A stretch of 64,000 bases of DNA from Spirochaetia bacterium (GTDB lineage Bacteria; Spirochaetota; Spirochaetia; WTKD01; G963693115): assembly GCA_965226055.1 (NCBI GenBank), contig CBDDCA010000005.1, forward strand, positions 64,001 through 128,000, in the 5' to 3' direction. Positions 9,477 to 19,400 of the stretch are shown piece by piece. The translations under genes and the position numbers were made by a program. Below the pieces are notes generated by a model. The model ran no database searches, had not been told where the DNA came from, and was given only the letters and a program-made list of their open reading frames with translations. How positions within the stretch are numbered: the stretch's first letter is position 1; each line of letters opens with the position of its first letter.

Positions 9477-10714
9477 TAATTAATGATATAACGAAAGCCC
9501 TGTACAAGTAAAGCTATATTGAGCTTTGCTTCTACCAGTGTAGATAATATATTTATACTGGGTTCATTATACTTGATTGTAGCAAGTAGTTCTACCTCAT
9601 CTCCGTTTTGTAATCGTATTGTAGGAAGAAAATAAATAGGAATAATTGCACTTATCTCTTTGTTCACTGTGGAAAAATTTACTAAAAAATTGGCTTGTAC
9701 AATCTGTTGATATCCTTTTATGGCATCAGAAAGTCTCATGAGCTGCGTATTATCTTCAGTTGCTACAGAGAGTATATTTGCTACTGTCCCTTGCCATTTT
9801 ACTGTTATATTATTATATTTCCACAACTCTGATTTTATATCCTCAAAACTAAACCACGTTACCTTTGATATATAACTAGGAACTACTATACTTTTTTGTA
9901 ACACATATACACGTTGTTTATCATTATTACTTGCATTAGAATACAACAGAGTATTGATAAGCATTTGTGCTTTATTATCTTGATATGTAACAAAAGCATG
10001 TTCAACATCAGAAAGAAGTGATGCAATCTTTCTTTTTGAAAAAGTTTCTTTTAATGGAAATTGCAGCATTTCTTGCAATGTATATACACTATGATTATCT
10101 ACTGTTGCATTATTATTTTCTAATGCTCCATCAGCCTCTAACTGTTGCAAATAATCACTTCGTTCATTTTGTGGCTGAAAAAAAGCAACTATACTTTTTG
10201 AAATAGTTTGATAAAAAGGAATAATGGCAAGAACAATACTTATGAGTATACTAACACTTACTATACGTCTCCTTTTTTTTCTTCGTACCCAGAGAGGAAT
10301 AAAACGTGGAAGGAGTTTGACTTTATAGACATTCTTTGCTATTTCACTGATAGCATCTTTATTTGCATTCCGAAAAATAGCAACTGCTTTTTTAGCAAAC
10401 ACATTTTCAGCATCATCTTGTAAGATACTAAGCCATTCAGACATAGCTATATCAATTTTGTGATTTTTAAGATGAATACAGGCAATATATAATCGACATG
10501 CAATATCACCATGTTCAAGTGTAAGAGCATGACGAAATTCTTTATAAGAAAAATCAGTTTTTCCTAAATTAAATAAAGCAACACCATATAAGAAATGAAA
10601 TGTATATACCTCTTTCGCATCAAAAGGCATGCCTTCAAGCATTTGTATTGCAGTATCAAAATTTTCATTATATATTTCATTTTCTATATCATAAAATGAA
10701 TTATTTTTTCTCAT
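9476..10714 (-). CDS. TPR-containing membrane protein
   Basis: N-terminal TPR-like helices, one TM segment after a KKRRR stretch, and a C-terminal soluble domain. Confidence 0.65.
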   Translation of the reverse strand: MRKNNSFYDIENEIYNENFDTAIQMLEGMPFDAKEVYTFHFLYGVALFNLGKTDFSYKEFRHALTLEHGDIACRLYIACIHLKNHKIDIAMSEWLSILQDDAENVFAKKAVAIFRNANKDAISEIAKNVYKVKLLPRFIPLWVRRKKRRRIVSVSILISIVLAIIPFYQTISKSIVAFFQPQNERSDYLQQLEADGALENNNATVDNHSVYTLQEMLQFPLKETFSKRKIASLLSDVEHAFVTYQDNKAQMLINTLLYSNASNNDKQRVYVLQKSIVVPSYISKVTWFSFEDIKSELWKYNNITVKWQGTVANILSVATEDNTQLMRLSDAIKGYQQIVQANFLVNFSTVNKEISAIIPIYFLPTIRLQNGDEVELLATIKYNEPSINILSTLVEAKLNIALLVQGFRYIIN

Positions 10715-10726
10715 GTCCGAATGCCA

Positions 10727-11401
10727 CTAAAATGTGTTACGCTCCTTTTTATCAGTTGACTTACTATAGAGCCTTTCCAAAAATCCCTTTTTATTTTCCT
10801 GAGAAAAAAAAGCAGAACCCATAACAAACCAATCTACTCCACAATGTTGTAATGTTACTATATTATTTTCATCAATACCACCATCAACTGATATAAGAAA
10901 AGAATAATCGAAAGAATTACGTAACTGATGTAACTCTTGTATTTTTTTTATCATAGGCTCTATAAATTTTTGACCACCAAAGCCTGGATCAACAGTCATA
11001 ATAAGAACAACATCTACTTGATCTAATATTGATTGTATAGTAGAAATAGGAGTTTGGGGATTAAGTGCTATTCCTACTTTTATTCCTTTACTGCGTATAG
11101 CTTGAATACAACGAAAAGAAAATTGCTCTGCTTCTATATGAAATGTCAGCATATCTGCCCCAGCTTGTACCATATCATCAATATACTTTTGAGGATTCTG
11201 TACCATGAGATGTACATCAATAAAAAGTTTCGTTTTATCACGAATGTCTTTGACAAACTTAGAACCAAAGGTAAGCACTGGAACAAAATGCCCATCCATC
11301 ACATCAAAATGTAGATGACTTGCTCCTGCATTTTCACACATTACTATATCTTTTTCAAAATTACTCCAATTTGCTGATAAAATAGAAGGAAGAATAAGCA
11401 T
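10727..11401 (-). CDS. rpe: ribulose-phosphate 3-epimerase
   Basis: PSILSA, HFDVMDGHFVP, DVHLMV, MTVDPGFGGQKF, VDGG. Start set at ATG 11401 (MLILPS). Confidence 0.95.
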   Translation of the reverse strand: MLILPSILSANWSNFEKDIVMCENAGASHLHFDVMDGHFVPVLTFGSKFVKDIRDKTKLFIDVHLMVQNPQKYIDDMVQAGADMLTFHIEAEQFSFRCIQAIRSKGIKVGIALNPQTPISTIQSILDQVDVVLIMTVDPGFGGQKFIEPMIKKIQELHQLRNSFDYSFLISVDGGIDENNIVTLQHCGVDWFVMGSAFFSQENKKGFLERLYSKSTDKKERNTF

Positions 11402-11513
11402 ATTATTATTGTAGTATGTTATTATACTACTGTAAATACTCATAACACAATAAATGAGTTACTTTCTATATTTCAAAAGATACTATACATAATTGCTCTT
11501 ATATATGCCTATA

Positions 11514-11540
11514 GCAAGAAAGGAATATTTCCTTTCTTGC
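11514..11540 (-). terminator. hairpin downstream of lipoprotein paralog 1
   Basis: Perfect 12-bp inverted repeat GCAAGAAAGGAA-tat-TTCCTTTCTTGC, 30 nt after the stop codon. Confidence 0.65.
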
Positions 11541-11570
11541 CTAAGCTTGTATTTTATGACAGAATATATG

Positions 11571-14500
11571 CTACGATGAAGAACACGCTGTTTTATCAGC
11601 ACTGTCCTTTGGGTACTGTGCTTTTTTCCTATGCATTGCTGAGCCTTGAAATTCATCATCTGTTAATTGGTGGACTGAAAGTTTACACAATTTCCATGAT
11701 GATAAATCTTGATTAAATGCACTAGCTCCAAAAAACATAAAAACTATAGAAATAGCATTCCCTACATCCCAATTTCCTATATCTTGATCAAAAGCACTTG
11801 CTTGAAAAAACATACTACTCATAGAAGTAACACTGCTCACATCCCAATCTCCTATATCTTGATTAAATTTACTTGCTCCATTAAACATACTATTCATAAG
11901 AATAACACTACTTACATCCCAATCTCCTATATCTTGATCAAAAGCACTTGCTTGAAAAAATAGACCTACCATATTCGTTACATTACTGGTATTCCACTGT
12001 GTTATGTCTCCATTAAAAGTACTGTCTTTATCAAACAATTGTCGCATATTATCAATAGCACTGGTATCTATCATATTGAGGTTAGGGCTAGGGTTACTAC
12101 TCTTCCCTCCTGTAGCTTGCCTTGTTTTTTCTTCTCTGATAATAGTTTGTAGTGCTGATTTTGTTGTTGGTCTGTAATAGGTAGCTGCTTTTCCTGATGG
12201 TGCTGTTCTTAGCTCTGTTTGTATAACAATAGTCGCTGGTACTTTTTTCTTTGAAGCGGTAAGGGTACACTGTGCTACATTATAGCTATACTCAGTAATA
12301 TTAGGGTCACGTATATTGGACTTATTTGCTATGCCTGTTATGGTAACTGTTTTGCTACTCTGTTCAAACGATACTGCTAGCCCTGTCTCTTTTTTGATTT
12401 TCTCTGCATCTGCCTCTTGTATATTGGCATCACAGGTAAAGGCATTGCCACTGGGTGTGCTTGCTAATACTCTTGTAGTATTTGATGCGAGTGCTGTGCC
12501 TACTGTTGCTGAAACTATGCTAGTGTTTCCTATAGATATTGCACTTACTTCAAATTCATGGCGTTCTCCTGTTGATGCTTTTGTAGGATCGGTGCTGTTT
12601 ACTGCTTGTACTACTATTTCGTAGGTCGTTCCGTTTGTCAATCCTGTCAGGGTAGTGTTGGTTGTTCCTGCTGCTACTGTTGTGGGGCTTGAGTCTGCTT
12701 GTTTTATTGCTGCTACATTTCTTGCACTGCCACCTTTGGCTACTTTGTATACTTTGTACGATACCTGTGCTACTGTTAGGGTATCGCCTGTATTTGCTTT
12801 GTGGCTTGCACTGAGGCTGGGGGCTGTCCATGATACTCTCATACCGCCTGTTTGGGCTACTCTTGTTTGTATGCTTGTTACTTCTGCAGGGGCAGTCGCT
12901 TGCGATGCGGTCGTTACGCTTGCCACTGACGATGCTACTTTTTTGCTTGGGTCTGTTTTTACTGCTACCTCTACCACAAAGTAATACTTTGTCGCTCCTT
13001 TTACTGCTACTACTGGTGCTGTGTCTGATGACAAACCTAAACTGGCAAGGGCTGGTACTGTGTACACTCCGCTTGTTGCACTGCCTATGTTTACCTTTCT
13101 GCCTGCAAGTACCTCTGCTACTGTAGGGTTAGTGTCTTTCTGTAAGCCATACACTGTGTATACTAGCTTGTCATTTGCTATTATGTTTGTACCATCGTAG
13201 TCTTTCGCTCCTGTAAATGTGCTTAGCTCGGTAAGTACCAGCTTTATTGTGCCTGTAGTATTTGTTGACGGTGATACTACCAGCTTTCCTGTGAGTAATG
13301 ACTGGCTGGGTGCTACTGCTTTGGAAGTATAGATTTCTTTTATTTCTGTTACATCGGTGTAAAAGCCTGCAGGAAAGAGCTTGTCGCTATTTGTTGCATC
13401 GTAATTGGGGGATGTCGTGTTTACTATCCTTACTCCTATGTAGTAATCTTTTGCTGTTTCTATGGGCGTTGCTCCTGCATTGCTTCCACTGGTGCTGTCT
13501 ACTATTGCTATGGATATTGTGTCTTGAGTTGTTCCTGTTGCTTTTGTGTATTTTGCTACTCTCGTACTGCTCTTTTCTGTTGCCCATAGTGCTGATACGC
13601 TGGCAGGCTTTCCTGTGGTATCTTCTTTCTTGAGATATAGCACATAGTACGCAAGGTCTGTCGCTTCAAGGGCATTGCCATTTGCTTTGCTCACTCCTGC
13701 TATTGCTGAGGCATTGAGCTGTGCTGTTATGACTTTTTTCCCTCTGTTGCTTCCTGTTGTAGGCACTGCAAATACCACTGCATTACTGTTAGTGTAGGTT
13801 GTTACTTTTGGTGTGCTTGGGGGAGCGGTAAGCGTTGCTTTCTTTATTGTTACTGATGCTCCTATGCTATAGGCAGGATTGAGGCTGTTTATTGCTTCTA
13901 CTCCTGCGGTATAGTCTGCTCCTTTTGTTCCTATAAATGTTGCTTTTAATGGAGTGCTGTTTCCTGCTAGCTCTCTTGTTTGTACTCCTGCAAGGGCTTT
14001 TATTTCGTCTAGTGTTTTTGTGCTGTGGTCTCCTGCTGCTATGTATACTTTGTATTGTATTTGTGCCTGTGTGAGTTTGCTTCCGCTGGGTGCTTTGTTG
14101 GTATCAGTAATGTCTCCTGCACTAAATGTATAGACTGCTTTTGCAGTTGTTTGGGTTACTGACTCTACGGAGAGCTTTGCATCTTTGGGAGCGGGCGGTG
14201 CTGTCGAGGTGCTATCGTATACTGCTACTGCATCACTCAGTGCGGTTACGGGACTTACTCTGTTATTTGCTATTTGCAGAAAATCAAAGCGATAATTCTT
14301 GGCATTTGCTTGGCTCTTAGGTACTTCTAAGCCATCTGCTATCCCAAAGCTAATGGTGATTGCTGTGTTTGTTATGCTTTTTTCTGCTACCAGTGTAGCT
14401 CCATCTTTCATACGCAGGGTGTAGTATCGCCCTATGCCAGGAGCATTCTTAAAAATTGCTTTTATCTGCACTGCTCCTGTTGTATCTAATGTAGGCTTGC

Positions 14501-16336
14501 TTTGAAAGAGATCTTCTGAGGGAGCTGTGAGTGAGTTGGGGGTGGTTATGTCTTTTGTTGCTTGGCTACTTTTGTTTTCTGAGTAATCAAGCGTGAGTAT
14601 TGTTATGGTATATGTTTTGCCTTGCACAAGTTCTTCTACAGAGAGTGCTATCGTGGGATAGGGTATTTTCTTCTCGCTCAGTACTGCAGTGCTTGTGCCT
14701 TTTTCTGCTATGCTTATGCTGTATTCTTTTATGTCTTTGTTGTTGGCTTTTGTTGTATCGGGGGCTGTCCATGTTATCTGTGTGCCTATCTTTGCTGCTG
14801 ATACAAAGGGATAGCTTGCTTGTATGTTTGTCACTGCATCGGGGGCGGTGCTGTCTGCTGATGTGCTGACTGTGGCTGTTGCTTCTGTTCCTTTGTTGCC
14901 TGCACTGTCTATTGATACGACTGCCACTGTATACTCGGTGGTTGCTTTGAGGCCTGGTATCTGTGTATTGCGTACTGTTCTCTCTGTTATTGTCACTGTC
15001 TTTGCTGGAGAACTGCTGTCTTTTTCTGTTGCTGTTATAGTCACTCCTGCGTAGTCTCTTACATCGGGGGCTTGCCAGCCTACTACTAGGCTTGTTGCTC
15101 CTCCTACGGCACTCACATTGCTTACAGGTTCTGTGCTTTTGTCTGTTGTTGCTTGTTCTTTTGACACTGCAGTGGAATACTTTCCGTTTTGAGAAACATA
15201 CACCTCTACTTTGTAAGTAAGCGTGCCATAGAGTTTTGTGAGTGCTATGCCATCTTTTGCCACATACACAGTGGCGTATTCTCTGTTGTCTGCACTTGCT
15301 CCGCTGACATTGGTTGCACTTGTATCTTTATCTATTGTCTCTTCTGCTACTACTGTATTTGTTGCGGTTGCTATCACTCGTACTTGCAGGCTTTTTTCTG
15401 TACTTCCTGTTCCAAAGTCAAAACTCCCCCACTTAATAAGCAGGCTTTCATCGGCTGGACTATTGCTTTTATCGTTTGCTGTTACTGTAAGATCTGCCTC
15501 TGGCAGTGGCGTTACTGTTTGTGAGAGTGCTGATGGCACTATGCCTCTGAGTGCTTGCTTTGCCGTGCTTTTGTTACCGTTGCTATCTTTGTACACTACT
15601 ACTATATCATAGCTGATGCCGTCTATAGTAGGGACTGCAATGCTTACCTCTCCTTGTGTTACATCTTGTACTGTTACTTCTGTCTTTACCCCAGTAGTTC
15701 TTTCTATCACCTGTATTGTGGCTTCTGCTATGTCTGTCTTACCTGACGAGAGCAGTACTTTGTCCCATGTTAGCTTTATGCCATTTGTTGCCTGTTCTAC
15801 CGCTACCTGTGTAAAGGTGTCCTGTGGTGCAGTTTCATCTGTCAGTGTTGTCACAGAGCGTGTTGTTTTTGGTGATACTTCTGAGTTTGATTTTTGTGCT
15901 TCTATCTCTACCGTATAATCGGTAGTAGCGTGCAAGCCTCTGAGTGTGTAGGGTCTGTTTTGTTGAAACAATGCACGATATTCTATTGCAGGAACACGCA
16001 CTTGTATGGACTGTGCTGGTGCGGTAGATGTAGCTTTTACGACTACATGCGTGGCATCACTGGGAGCTTGCCAGCGTAACGAGAGCGTCCCATCGTTGCT
16101 TGCTGGTTCTATCTGCACATTGGACACTGATGCGAGTGTCGGGGTTACTGGCGTTCCCCCTCCGCCTGAGGAACTGCTACTACCCTCTGCACATCCTACG
16201 AGTACGAGGATAGTTATTGCTAGCACTGCTAGTATAGTTAGGTTTTGCTTATATCGAGAGTGTACCCCCCCCCCCCCCCGATTTTCAGGCTCTGTAGCTC
16301 CTTGCTTTTGTAGCTATCATTCATCAATACTTTCAT
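11571..16336 (-). CDS. giant Fn3/Ig-like plus DUF285 surface lipoprotein, paralog 1; frameshifted in a G15 tract (phase OFF as assembled)
   Basis: RBS AAGGAG and ATG at 16336 give MKVLMNDSYKSKELQSLKI, homologous to the paralog 2 N-terminus, but this frame stops at 16238. The long frame carries lipobox LVGC, a Ser/Gly tether, Fn3-like repeats and 25-aa W-D/N-V/T-S DUF285 repeats. Confidence 0.8.
16265..16279 (-). repeat. poly-G15 homopolymer in signal-peptide coding region (contingency locus)
   Basis: C15 on the + strand. G13 or G16 would join ATG 16336 to the long ORF. Confidence 0.85.
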
Positions 16337-16425
16337 AAAGATCTCCTTTTATTTTATTATCGTGTACTTATCAGTATACACAATAGTATTATAGTACAAA
16401 ATAGTATTTTTATGTCTATAGAAAA

Positions 16426-16458
16426 ATGGCAAGAAAAGAGCTTTTCCTTTCTTACCAT
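16426..16458 (-). terminator. intrinsic terminator between paralogs 2 and 1
   Basis: Minus-strand RNA AUGGUAAGAAAGGA...UCUUUUCUUGCCAU followed by UUUU. Two stem mismatches are G-U pairs on the minus strand only. Homologous to the hairpin at 11514. Confidence 0.7.
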
Positions 16459-16481
16459 AAGCTTGTATTTCTATGTATCTA

Positions 16482-19400
16482 CTATGATGTACATGCTGGA
16501 TCACCTTTACCTTTTGGATACTTGCTTGTTTTTCCTGCCATAGCTGAATTGTCAAACATAATGCTACTTATTGTTCCTTTACACATTTTCCATGATGATA
16601 AATTTTGATCAAATTTAGAAGCATTATAAAACATAGCAAAATTACGTTCAACATTCCCTACATCCCAATTTCCTATATCTTGATTAAAAGCATCTGTGCC
16701 TTTAAACATAGTATTTGTATTCTTTACATTGCTCATATTCCAATTTCCTATGTCTTGATTAAAAGCAGTAGCACTATCAAACATTGAAAACATATTAGTA
16801 ACCTTGCCTACATCCCAATTTCCTATGTCTTGATTAAAATTATTTGTGCTTTTAAACATAGATTGCATATCCTCTACATTACTAGTATTCCACTGTGTTA
16901 TGTCTCCATTAAAAGTACTATCTCTATTAAATAAACTATTCATACTAGTAATAGCACTGGTATCTATCATATTGAGATCAGGGCTAGGGTTGTTGTTCCC
17001 TCCTGAACCTTGCCTTGTCTTTTCTTCACTGATAATAGTTTGGAGCTTTGCCTTTGTTATTGGTCTGTAATAGGCTTCCGCTTTTCCTGATGGTGCTGCT
17101 TTTAGCACTGTCTTTATAATGATAGTAGCTGGTATTTTTGAAGAACCAACTGAACACTGTACTACATTATAGCTATATTCAGTAATGGCAATGTCATGTA
17201 TATTAGATTTATTTGCTATGCCTGTTACGGTAACTGTGTTAGTATTTTTTGAAAACGATACTGCTAATCCTGTTTCTTCTTTGATTCTCTTTGCATCTGC
17301 TTCCAGTATGGTGGCATCACAGGTAAAGGAAACGCTACTGGTCAGTATTCTCGTAGTATTTATTGCTTGTTTATTGCCTACTTCTGCTGAAACTACCATA
17401 GTATTTTCTATAATCACTGTTCTTGCTTCAAACTCATGGCGTTGTCCTGCTGATATTTTTGTGTCATCGGTGCTGTTTACTGCTTGTACGACTATTTCAT
17501 AGATCTTTCTGTTAGTCAATCCTGTCAAAGTAGTACTTGTTGTTCCTACCGCTATTGTTGTAGGACTTGAGTCTGCATTTTTTATCTGTGTTACTGTCCT
17601 CTGTATATCACCACTCTTGGCTACTTTGTATATCTTGTACGATACCTGTGCTGCTGTTAAGGTGTCTCCTGTATCTGTTTTGCGGCTTGCACTGAGGCTG
17701 GGAACTGCCCAAAATACTTTCATGCCTGTTTGGGCTACTCTTGTTTGTATGCTCCTTACTTCTGTTGGAGCAGTTGCTTGAGATGCAGTTGTTACGCTTG
17801 CCACTGATGAAGATGCTACTTTTTTGCTTGGATCTGTTTTTATGGCTACTTTTACCACAAAGTGATACTTTGTCGCTCCTTTTATTGCTATTATTGGATC
17901 TGTATCTAAAGACAAACCTAAACTGGCAAGGGCTGGTACTGTGTACACTCCGCTTGTTGCACTGCCTATGTTTACCTTTCTGCCTGCAAGCACTTCTGCT
18001 ACTGTCGGAGTAGTGTCCTGCTGTAGTCCATACACTGTGTATACAAGCTGATTACTTGCTGTTATGTTTGTTCCATCGTAGTTCTTTGCTCCCGTAAATG
18101 TGCTTAGCTCGGTGAGTGCTAGCTTTATTGTTCCTGTTGTGCTTGTTGATTGTGATACTACTAGCTTTCCTGCTAGTAGTGACTGATCAGGGGCTACTGC
18201 GTTTGAAGTATACACTTCTTTTATTTCTGCTACATCGGTGTAAAAGCCTGTAGGAAAGAGCTTGTCGATATTTGATGCATCATAATTGGGGGATGTCGTG
18301 TTGACTACTCTCACTCCTATGTAGTAATCCTTTGCTGTTTCTATAGGGGTTGCTCCTGCATTGCCTGCACTGGTACTGTCTACTATTGGTATTTGTATGA
18401 TCGCTTGATTTGCCACTCCTGTTGCTTTTGTGTACTTTGCTACTTTTCCACAGCTCTTTCCTACTGCCCACAAAGCTGATACACCAGCAGGCTTTTGATT
18501 TATATACTCTTTCTTGAGATACAACACATAGTATGCAAGATCAGTTGCTTCAAGGGCATTGCCATCTACTTTGCTTACTCCTGCTATGGCTGAGGCATTT
18601 ACTTGTACTGTTATGACTTTTTTTCCACTATTGCTTCCTGCCGTAGGCACTGCAAATACTACTGCATTATTGCTAATGTATGTTAGTTCTTTTGGTGCTG
18701 TGGAGGGAGTGGTAAGTGTTACTGTTTTTATTGTTGCTGATGATCCTGCTATGCTATACGAGGGATTGAGGCTATTTATCGCTTCTACTCCTGCGGTATA
18801 GCTTGTATCCTTCTTGCCTATAAATCTTACTTGTAAGGCACTGTCTCCTGCTATGTCTCTTGTTTGTACTCCTGCAAGGGCTTTTATTGCATCTAGTGTC
18901 TTTTTGCTATGATCTCCCTCTGCTATGTATACTTTATATTGTATTTGTGTCTGTTTGAGTTTACTTCCATTGGGAGCTTTGTTAGTATCAGTAATGTCGC
19001 CTGCATTAAACATATAGATTGCTGTTGCGGTTGTCTTTTTTTCTGACTTTACAGAGAGTATTGCATCCTTGGGGGCTGGTGGTGCTGTTGAGGTACTATC
19101 GTATACTGCTACGGTATCAGCAAGAGTGGTTATAGGACTAACTATATTATTTGCTATTATCAAAAATGTAAAGCGATAATTCTTGGTATTTGCTTGGCTC
19201 TTGGGTACTTCTACACCATCTGCTATACCAAATATAATATCTTTTGTGCCTCCTGTTGTGCTCTTTTCTGATACCAGTGTTGTGCTATCGTACATACGCA
19301 GGATGTAATATCGTCCTATGCCAGGAGCAGTCTTAAAGGTTGCCTTTATTTGCACTGCTCCCGTTGTATCAAGAGCAGGCCTGTTTTGAAAGAGATCTTC

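Noticed and set aside
11690-12010. 75-bp periodic repeats (also near 16600-16910, 25570-25950 and 51570-52040) as a CRISPR array
   Set aside because: They are in-frame 25-aa DUF285 coding repeats with degenerate units. There are no unique spacers and no cas genes.
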